From assembly GCA_030390025.1 (NCBI GenBank), contig CM059438.1, positions 53,074,001-53,138,000 on the forward strand: DNA of 64,000 nt, read 5' to 3'. This DNA is from Squalus acanthias. Lineage: Eukaryota. Position numbers and translations under genes: made by a program. Position 1 is the first letter of the stretch. Every line of letters begins with the position of its first letter. The notes under the pieces were generated by a model, which saw only the letters and a list, made by a program, of their open reading frames with translations, did not search any database and was not told where the DNA came from. Shown in pieces: positions 1 to 10,851 of the stretch.

Positions 1-1459
1 CCTCCGGTCCCAGTAACCACAACTCCAATTCCCCTTTCAACATTAGTCCCACACCTTACCTTCCATCTGTTACTGACCATCACAATGTCCTCTTGGTCAC
101 AATGCTGAAATAAAAGCCACCACAAGCAAACTTTCCAATCCAACCAATATATATCTAGCCATCCAATGTGACATGAAGAAATCAACTCATCACCCGTATG
201 CATTCTCTTAGTGACTGTCTTGTGTGTGCCTTTGCCTATCCTACTGATGTCACACAGTGCTACCCCAGTGGCTGCAGGAAGGCTGCTGACTTTCAGTGGG
301 GGACACTGCAGATGGCCTTGCAGGACGACCTCGAGGAGCTGGTGGCTGGGAGTGTCAAATGAATCTTCTTCTTGTTCTTCTTCACTCTCCACTCCCTCTT
401 CTTGGTCAACCGTTGGGTGGGCAGGCAGCATTTCTTGGGTGTGTGAAATGAGAAAGGCGCAAGGGTAGAGATGTGGTGGTGGGAGGGCGGGAAAGCATGA
501 AGTGCATGCGAGAAGGAGAAAGAATAACATTTGAGGATACCAGCATCTTTTATCCCTTCAGCCCTGCCGCTGGCCAAGGGCTCAGCCATGCCTCTGCCAA
601 GAATGGCTTGCACCGTCTCCTCCAAGGGGTGAGGTGAGGCTGGGAATGGGAGATGTTCCTCGTGATTGGTGTAGATTGTTGGTAGGTGAGTGATTGGGAG
701 TGGGGGTCATGCACTGAGCAGTGTGTGAGGCTAGTGGTGCAGTTGATAGAAGATGGCTTTTGAAGATGCATTCACTGACCTTGACCATTGGTCTGAGGTC
801 AAGAAGCTTTTTTGGGCACTGGACCCAGGTGGTGGGGGCAACACTGCTGGCAGTGACAGACTCAGTGATGTCCTCCCACATCGTTCTTTCTGGAGGGCCT
901 CCTGGCCCCTGTGAGTAGAGGGCCTGTCTTGCATTGTTGACCCCCCTGCACAAAGCTGGAGTGCTGCGTGTGAGACCCTGGGTGTCCCTTTCCTGGCTTG
1001 CTGAGCCATTTGTGTTAGTGCTGAGACATTTTTCCCATTTTAAGCTTTAAGAGCTGAATATTCACATTTGGGACTGCTTTTTAATGTTAAATATTTTTTT
1101 AAAAGACAGAAAGAGCTGAAAACTGCACTGTTTCACTTCACTTTATTTTGTATTGCTTCAGTGTGCATAGCCCCTTTAATTCTCAGACCTCTTCATCGCC
1201 CACAATTCCTTGCGAGCTCCACAGCCTCACTTCCAGAGGCTGTGGGAAGCTGCAACGTCGCACCTGCACACAAACTTCGCCTCGGATGCCTCCAGCAACG
1301 CCACCAGGACGGTGTTGCGTGGCAGGTAAGTGCTATGCCAACAATCCCCATCCCCCCAGATCAATTTTGCTCTGTGAGCATTCCGGCCATGTTCAGCGGC
1401 CATTAACTCCATTTGCCGGTGACACCGGCAACTTTACTGGCTAAAACAAAGTTCTCCCC
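1..1459 (-). mobile_element. Degenerate PIF/Harbinger element with Myb/SANT-like ORF remnants
   Basis: Minus-strand pieces MAQQARKGTPRVSHAAL and MWEDITESVTASSVAPTTWVQCPKKLLDL resemble the Harbinger trihelix protein. TIR-like end aaagttctcccc followed by TAA at 1460. Confidence 0.6.
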
Positions 1460-3306
1460 TAAGTCTCAAAGACTGACATGGTCCAGACAATTAATAGAGT
1501 TGACACATCTCCCTTCCTTAATCATCGTCCAGCCCATACTCACCCTAGCCCTGAGCCCCCACCCCATTGCTCTGAAGTTCATCTTCCATCTCCCACCTGT
1601 CATCTTCAAGCTCATCTCTTCCATGAGACTCACCTCTTTCCCCGTGAATCCCTTGCCCACCCAACTACTAACCATTCAAGTACCTCTCCTGATACCAATG
1701 CTCACTGACATGGTTAATGGCTCCCATTGTTCAGATTGTGTTACTATCAACGCCATCATCTCCCTCCTTAAAATGCTCACCCTCGACATGTCCATCCCCT
1801 CCAACCAATACCGATCTCTAACCTCTCTTTTCTCTCTAAGATCTTTGAAAATGTTGCCACCTCCCAGCTCCATGCTCACTTTCCCAGTTTGAATCTCTTC
1901 AGTCAGTTTCCATTCTGCTCCCAGTATTGATACTGCATTGGTTGAATTCACCAGTGAAATCCTCCGTATCTGCGATTGCGATTACAGCATGTTATCCCTC
2001 CTTGTCTTCCTCAACCCCACTTGGCTATTTGACATAACTAAGCACACCATCTTCCTCCACTGCTTTTCCTCCATGGTCCACCTTCATGGTCCATGGTCTG
2101 CCCTTGCCTGGTTTTATTCCTATCTGTCCCAGTTCAACCAGTCCATCTCCAGCAATTGCTTCTCTTACCACCCATGTATGGTCACCTCTGGAGTGCCCCA
2201 AAGATCCATCCTGGATCCTTCCTTTTTTTTGTCATCTACATTCTACCCATCAATGCCATCATCCAGACACAGGGCCAGCTTCTATATGCTGCTAAGCTCT
2301 AAATTTTAATTATTTCTTTCAGCCTTGTGAGTACCTGTGTTTTCAGATTGCCTACCCAACATTAACTCAGATGAGCCAGAAGTTCCTCCAACTAAACACT
2401 GGGAAGGTTGAAGTTAATTTTTAGTCCACACCAAAAACTCCACACTGCTACTGACCCCATTCTCAATGTTGGCTGCTTGCTCAGGCTGAATTAGGCTGCA
2501 TGAAACCTTAGAGTCCTGTTCGACCCAGACCTGAGCTTCAACCCTATATCCCATCTGGAAGCAAGACGTTCACCTTCACAACATTGCTTGCCTCGTCCCA
2601 TCCTTACTTTCACTGCCAACAAAACCCTTAGCCGTATCTTTGTCACCTTTAGACTCAACAGGGTTAATTTTCACCTTCACTGCTTGGGCAGTAAACTGGT
2701 AGAGCGGATCGCCCACCCACTATAGAACCCACCCGATTTTTATTTCTATTGATTTCAATGGAAATGAAAATCAGGCAGGTCTATAATGGGTGGACAATCT
2801 ACTAGCTAGTTTACTGCCCAAGCAGTGAATGCGAAAGTTATCCCCAATTTCTCCTGTTCCTCACCTTCCATAATTCTAAATTATTCAAAATTCTATGGCC
2901 CTATCCTGTCCTGCACTAGGCTCCACTTGTCCATGACCCATCCTCCCTGACCTACACTGTCCTACAATGCAATTTAAAATCTTCATCCTCAACTACAAAT
3001 ACCTCCATGGCCTCTAGCCCCACTCTCCCTCCGAAATCTTCTCTAGGGTTACACTCTTCTCATATCCTTTGGTCCTCTGACTGTGGCCTCAGTTGGATCC
3101 ACTCTCTCTGCTTCAGCCATCTCTGCCCTACTATCTGGAACTTGTTTCCTAAAACCCTTGCTTCTGTACATCACTCCCCATCTTTTAAAGGCTTCTCAAA
3201 GCCCATCTCCTTGACTAAGTTTTCAGTCATCTCTTAACTCCCTGCAGAAGATCAACCCCTGTTCCGTTCCTCCACTGTGAAGTACTTTAACATTTTTCTT
3301 TGTTAA
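1460..3306 (+). mobile_element. Degenerate L2-clade LINE, interrupted by a MITE
   Basis: RT remnants (ALAWFYSYLS, TSGVPQRSILDP) in a pyrimidine-rich L2-like composition. Confidence 0.7.
2660..2845. mobile_element. Palindromic MITE, Harbinger-like ends
   Basis: The whole element is an imperfect inverted repeat (ttcactgcttgggcagtaaact ... agtttactgcccaagcagtgaa). Confidence 0.8.
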
Positions 3307-3924
3307 AGAACATAAGAACATAAGAAATAGGAGCAGAAGTAGGCCATACTTTAATAGGCGGATCAACAAGAGATGCCTTTCAATTGTTGCTCAGATGTCA
3401 AAACATTCAAATAATGATAAAGTTCACACGTTGTTGTCTACCATGTTTCTACTAAATAAGTATTAATTTTTTTTTGAGTACAGAACTTGAGGTGTTTAAA
3501 ATCATGAAGGATTTAGATAGAGTAAATAAAGAGAAACTGTTTCCAATGGCTGAAAGGTCGATAACCAGAGGGCACAGATTTAAGGTGATTAGCAAAAGAA
3601 CCAACTGCGACATGCGGAAAAACTTGAGGAATTTTGACTCAAAGTCTTCTAAATCACTCCAAAAAGATCAAGCAGAGCAGTTATAGGGTGGCTACCAGTG
3701 GCTGTGCACCTACAGGAGTGTGCTGGACTTCAGGCTATACAGGCACATAACAATCATGTTGGAGTTTTCAGGCAAATCAGGTGCTAGGGCTATGACATTG
3801 CTTTTTCTACTCCTCTGAACTTGGCACATGCCTGTGGTGCAGGCATACAGGAATGAAATTCAGCCCCAATAGAGTTTACAGGGATTCCTTTAGCAAGATA
3901 GAAGATTCCCAAACAGGAATTTAT

Positions 3925-4480
3925 TCATAGGAACATAAGCCATTTAGTTCCTTGAGCCTGATCCGCCAATCAATTAGATCATGGATGATCTGTACCTCAA
4001 CTCCATTTACCCGTCTTAGCTCCATATCCCTTGATCCGCTTACCTAACAAGAATCTATCGATCTCAGTCTTGAAAGTTCCAATTGTCCCCCAGCATCCAC
4101 AGCCTTGTGGGGAGAGAATTCCAGATTTCTACTACCCTTTGTGTGAAAAAGTGCTGCCTAATTTCCCTTTTAAATGGCCTAATTCTAATTTTAAGATTAT
4201 GTCCCCTCTTTCTTGATTCCCTCATCAGAGGAAATAGATTCTCTGTATCTTCCCTATCAAATCCTTTTAACATTTTAAACACCTCAATCAGATCACCCCT
4301 CAATCTTTAATACTCAAGGAAATATAAGCCAAGTTGATGCAATCTGTTATCATAATTTAACCCTTTTAGCCCCTGTATCATTCTGGTGAATCTGTGCTGC
4401 ACTCCCTCCAAGGCAAATATATCCTTCCTTGGGTGTGGTGCCCAAAATTGAACGCAGTACTCCAGATGAGGTCTGACCAA
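3925..4480 (-). mobile_element. CR1 LINE 3' fragment
   Basis: LVRPHLEYCVQFWAPH, RGDLIEVFKM, FFTQRVVEIWNSLP and a CR1 3' UTR. Confidence 0.9.
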
Positions 4481-5713
4481 GGTAAATTTTGTGATGCATG
4501 GCTTCTTGCTAAATGGGAGCAAGTGTCACAGATATAGCCCTCTTGTGCTCTTGTCCTACCTGAGCCCACATTTCCAGCTCATAGAAACATTGTAAAATTT
4601 ACCCCGTGGTGTTTTTCTCACAGTTTTTAAGTTACCACACTTTCTTATTTTTCAGCATTCCTGTTTTATTTATGTCACATATAGTATTAATTCCTATAGT
4701 ATTATCTGAACTTGGATTATTTATACCTCTTTTTTCACTTTGCTCTCATCACTCTCTTTCTCATCTTTAGGTTATCAGTTTTGCCATTATTATTAGCCGA
4801 ACCGCGCCCCCCCCACCCCCTCTTTATTGGTTTAAAATCATTTCTACAGCCCTATTTATCCTATAAGCGAGGAACTTGAATCTAGCCCAGATTCTAGAAT
4901 AATGTTTAGAGGAGTTCCAACCTCACAGTCAAGCACAATGCCAGGCTGCACACAAAACATCAAATACTGAAATTGATCGAAAATTGCAGGTAGATTTTCC
5001 TTGAAGAGGGGGAAGAAGAGGTAGTAACATGAAGGAAAGGGGAAAATGAGGGGGAAGGAGTGGAATGAGGGGTAAAAAGGGGCAAAGGGCAACCATGAGG
5101 AGCATTGTTCTTTTCTCCCAGGGCCTCCCTTAAGTGCCTCTTATTAATGGGCACTGTGTGAGTAGAAAGCTGTTCAAATGCCCCAGTTACATTCTGGGAG
5201 GGGGCCCTAATTTCAATATTTTTTACAGCCTTATTGAGAATTTGCACCTGCTGGCCACAATGGGCTGTGCTGAGCACATTGCGTATATTTGAAGCTTCAA
5301 GCCTCCATGCCTGATAATCTGGAAGTGGTCACTCGAAGTTCTGTAGAGCACTGGGAGTCAGCTCCCTAGATTATTAGCTCCATAAATTCCTATTCCACTT
5401 AGTCCCGTATGATCATGTCTGATGCAATGTATCACCAGATTTTGACTGGCATTCTGCCTTTTTACAATGTTCAGCAGGAGTACATTATTGCAGACACTCA
5501 AATTAAGATAGTGGCTTATCTGAACTCTGTTAGTATTAGTTAGAAGCAATCATTAGTGCTCAACATTTGGTTTATACACAGCCACTGTGCAACATAACAT
5601 CAATACAGTGGAAATGCAGCTGACAGATTACAGATGTGAAGAATAACCAATATTAAAGTAGCTGTAATATTAATACAAATCTTAGTTTGACAATAAATTC
5701 AATGTAAACTTAC

Positions 5714-5773
5714 GAAGATTTTCCACTGCCTGTTGGTCCAAGGATAGCATTCAATCCTGGCTTTAAAACACCA
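5714..5773 (-). CDS. ABCG2: ABCG2-family Walker A exon (60 bp)
   Basis: ttctAG|T GGT GTT TTA AAG CCA GGA TTG AAT GCT ATC CTT GGA CCA ACA GGC AGT GGA AAA TCT TC|GTAAGT = (N)GVLKPGLNAILGPTGSGKSS. The phase matches the upstream exon (AA+T = Asn). Confidence 0.93.
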
Positions 5774-6319
5774 CTAGAAGAGACAAAACTAATATCAATT
5801 AAAGTGCTGATGAATATGCCTTTCTCAGTGTATTATTTCTCAACAGTAACACCTACATTAGATACAACATGCAATGTAACACAAAGAGAAACGATTCTCT
5901 ATAAAGGCAGTCTCCGTGAGTCAATCAGTCTCTCAAGTAGCTGCAGAGCTTATTAATGGGGTAGTTTCCTGCAGCTACAAACCTGAAACTGTTTTAAATT
6001 CGCTGAGAAAGGGAAAGGGAAAGGAAGCAAAAAACACAAAAACGAGCAGATTGAGTGGAGAGTGATTGCTAAACTGTCCTTTCACCTCAGATCTGGGTTG
6101 GCTCCGATAGGATATCAGAGATAATTTTGTGAGGTGAGCAACGTATAAAGAAAAAAAAAGCATTTAAGGCCATGAAGGAAAATTAAGACGCATTCTGGAG
6201 TATAAAAAGGACATCAAAACTGCAAAGAAAAATTTTGAATTGAATACAGCAAGAGAAGTGAATGATAATAATAAAAGTTTTTTTGTTATATTAAGGGAAA
6301 AAGAAAAACAAGCGTTAAA

Positions 6320-8230
6320 ATTTTAAAATAGGCAACCCGATCCCAACCTGCCACATCCGGTTTTAACGGAGGCAGGTAGGGGGACGGGCAACCAACCTGT
6401 TCTCAGGAGATGGGTCAGTCACTAAAATTTTTTAGCTGATTGTGGCAGAGAAAGTGACCATACTTCTTAACTCTTATGCCATAGGCTCATTCCAGGGAGT
6501 CACAGGGGACTTTTGCCAGATCAGCCAATTTGCTGTGCATTCCTCTATAAGGGCAGTCACCAAAGGCCTCTTTGCCATGGCAGCTGAATTTCTACAATTT
6601 GACAGGGATTTCATATAGATGACTTACATTTTTCAGAATTTCCAGATTCCGCAGGGTCGTTGGAGTTATTGATTGCACCCATGTGAAACCGCGTGCCCCG
6701 AATGTAAACCTCCATATTTATATGAACCGCAAATGTTTCCATTCCCTAAATGTGCAGCTCATTTGCAGTTATAGGGACAGATTCTTGCACATCAATTCAC
6801 AACATGTTGGGAGCTGTCATGATGCTTTTATACTTTATTGGTCAGTGTCTCAGTTCTATTTCAACAGAAAGAGCAAGGGCCAGGATGGCTGCTGGGTGAC
6901 AAGAGATACCCGCTGCTCCCATGACCTCTGTGCATATTTGTAGGAACAGCAGTGTTGCAGACGGGCACTACAGGGAAGCACACATAAAGAAAAGGATTAG
7001 AATTAAGCAAGCCTTTGAGATGCTCAAAGGAAGGTTCTGGTGTCTGGATATGTCCAAGTGTGCCTTGCAGCATGCACCTAGAACTGTCCTGCAATTCACT
7101 GTAGCATGTTGTGTGCTTCACAACTTTGCAATCAGGCAACGACTAATGGCAGATGTCTCAGAGTTATCTTTTCCCCATTGTTATACAAAAGAATAAAACA
7201 CCACACAATCCTTACATCAAATAATCCAATGATTTATTACAACTATTTACAGAAACATTTCTTTGTTTTATCACCATGCACACCAGTTGTGACCACGGGA
7301 GCTTTTCTGTGCCCTATTCTAACACATATTCTATGTGCCGCCCGTGGCTTGAGGTCTGAGATGTAGACAGCTAGTGCAAAATATAATGAGCCTCTTGCGA
7401 TGGAGATGATGGTTTCCGCAGGGCCCTCAAGTCCGGAGATGGGCACAGGGCACGCTAACTCTTTGTCATGGGCTCCTTGGCAGCATGATCTTACAAAGAT
7501 GGAGGCTTCTCCTGGGAGCTGATCCAGTGCTCCTCTGTTCTGCTGCTATGAGGGCAAGTAGCCTCTGCAGGACACACACCAGCTTCTTAACTGGTACTGG
7601 GAATAGGATGAGTAGGAGAATGGACCTCTCAGAATCAGAAAGATCCTTTAATCCCTGACAGAGAATCAACTGAATATCCTTTAGTCCCTCCAAGATGCTG
7701 CCTTGTATACTTTGCAATCTGGTTGACATTGACCTCTCCGGATGGTGCCCCAAGATCTGCAGTCCTTCATTTTGTGCCTCCATATTGAGTTGACTGAATT
7801 ACCTGAATCTCTCCTGATACAGGAGAAGGTTTGCAGATACTCCTGCAGCTGTCGCTTTCTCCGGGCTGTCTTGCAATGAGTTGAGCCTCTCTCGGATGTT
7901 GGTGCACAGCAAGGTAGTGGACTCTACACTACCCAAGCATTTGTTACACATCTCGCGAGAGGCCACGCAGAACCTCCCTCTGTGTCTAATGCTCTGCTGG
8001 CATCCTTTTCTTTACAGCAGGACCCCTAAGATCACCATCCATGTACTTTACAGCCGAGGACTGGCATATCTTCCACCTCTGCTCAACTACATCATGCTCC
8101 ACTAACACATCTGCATCCTCTTGCTTCCTTGTGCTCTGTGTCTTACCATATGTCAAATCCTCATCTATACTATCAGTACCCACTTCAGTGGGTATCTGGG
8201 CTGCCGTGTGTAAGGGCAAGGGTTAATGAA
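6320..8230 (+). mobile_element. Degenerate PIF/Harbinger element (transposase remnant about 6400-7150)
   Basis: Fragments NRKCFHSLNVQLIC, GSCHDAFIL and IKQAFEMLKGRFWCLD...ACCVLHNFAI match the HARBI1-type DDE transposase. Confidence 0.8.
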
Positions 8231-10851
8231 AGGATAAGTACATAAGAAATAGGAGCAGGAGTAGGCCATTCAGCCCCTCGAGCTGATCCGCCATTCAATA
8301 CGAACATGGCTGATCTGATATTGGCCTCAACTCTACTTTTCTGCCTGTTCCCCATAACCCTTGACTCCCCTGTAGTTCAAAAATCTATCTATCTCAGCCT
8401 TGAATATATTCAATGACTCAGCCTCCACAGCTCTCTGGGGTAGAGAATGCCAAAGATTCATGACCCTCAGAGAAGAAATTCCTCCTCATCTTCATCTTAA
8501 ATGGGCGACCCATTATTCTGAAAAAAATGCCCCCTAGTTCTAGATTCCCCCATGAGGGGAAAACATCCTCTCTGCATCTACCCTGTCAAGCCCCCTCAGA
8601 ATCTTATATGTTTCAATAAGATCACCTCTCATTCTTCTAAACTCCAATGAGTATAGTCCCAACTTGTTCAACCTTTCCTCATAAGACAACCCCTTCATCC
8701 TAGGAATCAACCTAGTGAACCTTCTCTGAACTGCATCCAATGCAAGTATATCCCTCCTTAAATGAGATCAAAGCTGTACACAGTACTCTAGGTGTGGTCT
8801 CACCAGTTGTAGCAAGACTTCCCTACTTTTATACTCCACCCCCCTTGCAATAAAGGCCAACATTCCATTTGCCTTCCTAATTACTTGCTGTACCTGCATG
8901 CTAACTTTTTGTGTTTCATGTACAAGGACACATAGATCCCTCTGTACCTCAGCATTCTGTAGTCTCTTCCATTTAAATAATATTTTGCTTTTCTATTCTG
9001 CCTACCAAAGTGGAAAACCTCACATTTTCCCACATTATACTCCATCTGCCAAATTTTTGCCCACTTACTTAATCTATCTATATCCTTTTGCAGACTCTTT
9101 GTGTCCTCCTCACAACATGCTTTCCCACCTATCTTTGCATCATCAGCAAATTTGGCTGCAGTACACTCAGTCCCTTCATCCAAGTCATTAATATAGATTG
9201 TAAATAGTTGAGGCCCCAGCACTGATCCCTGTGGCACTCCACTAGTTACAGTTTGCCAACCTGAAAATGACCCATTTATCCCGACTCTCTGTTTTCTGTT
9301 GGTTAGCCAATCCTTGATCCATGCTAATATATTACCCTCAACACCATGAACTGTTATCTTGTGTAGTAACCTTTTATGTGGCACCTTATCGAATGCCTTT
9401 TGGAAATCCAAATACTCTGCATCTACTGGTTCCCATTTATCCACCCTGCTCATTACATCCTCAAAGAACTCTAATAAATTCGTCAAGCACGATTTCCCTT
9501 TCATAAAATCATGTTGACTCTGCTTGATTGTATTATGATTTTCTAAATGTCCTGCTATTACTTCCTTAATAATGGATTCCAGCATTTTCCCAATTACAGA
9601 TGTTAGGCTAACTGGCCTATAGTTTCCTGCTTTCTGTCTCCCTCCTTTCTTGAACATGGGCATTACATTTGCGGTTTTCCAATCCGCTGGGACCTTTCCA
9701 GTTTCTAGGGAATTTTGGAAGATTACAACCAATGCATCCATTATCTCTGCAGCCACTTGTTTTAAGACCCGAGGATGCTGGCCATCAAGTCCAGGTGACT
9801 TGTCAGCCTTTAGACCCATAAGTTTGCCTAACACTTTTTCTCTAGTGATACTGATTGTTTTAAGTTCCTCCCTCCCCTTTGCCCCTTGATTTTCCATTAT
9901 TATTGGGATTCTTTTAGTGTCTTCTACCGTGAAGACAGATACAAAATATTTGTTCAAAGTCTCTGCCATTTCCTTGTTTTTCATTATTAATTCCCCGCCT
10001 CATTCTCTAAGGGACCAACGTTTACTTTAGCTACTCTCTTCCTTTTTATATACTTGTCGAAGCTCTTACTGTCTGTTTTTATATTTCTTACTAGTTTACT
10101 CTCAATCTATTTTCTCCCTCTATTATTTTTTTGTGTCATCCTTTGCAAGCTTCTAAAAATTTCCCAATCTTTTGGCCTACTACTAATCTTCACAACATTG
10201 TATGCCTTTTCTTTCAATGTGATACCCTCCTTAACTTCCTTAGTAAGCCACGGATGGTTCATCCTTCTTGCAGAGTCTTTCTTTCTCACTGGAATATATC
10301 TTTGTTGAGAGTTATGAAATATCTCCTTAAAAGTCTGCCACTGCTTATCTACCATCTTACCTTTTAATCTAATTTCCCAGTCCACTTTAGCCAACCCTGT
10401 CTTCATACCCTTGTAATTGCCTTTATTTAAGTTTAAGACACTAGTTTCAGACCCATGTTTCTCACCCACAAATTGAATGTGAAATTCTATCATGTTATAA
10501 TCACACTTCCCTAGAGGATCCTTTACTATGAGATCATTAATTAATCCTGTCTCATTACATATTACCAGATCTAAAATAGCCTGTTCCCTGGTTGGTTCCA
10601 CAACATATTGGCCCAAAAATTAGTGCCGCTACGCGAGAGTACGCACTGCGTACTCTCGCGTATTCTGTCTCCAATTGCCGGTTTTCTGCATGCACTGCGC
10701 ATGCGCTGAAAACCGGCACTTGGTGAATGGAAAAGGGGGCGGGTCCTAGGTGAACCGCGTGCGCGCTACAGGCTGCGCGCATGCAGTGCACTTAGTGGTT
10801 TCAACGCGCAGGTAAGTACGGAAGATTCTACACATAAAAAAAGGAGGAGTA

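Noticed and set aside
1..5713. Next ABCG2 exon (LLDVLAARKDP...)
   Set aside because: Not found by eye. It probably lies beyond the left edge of the window.
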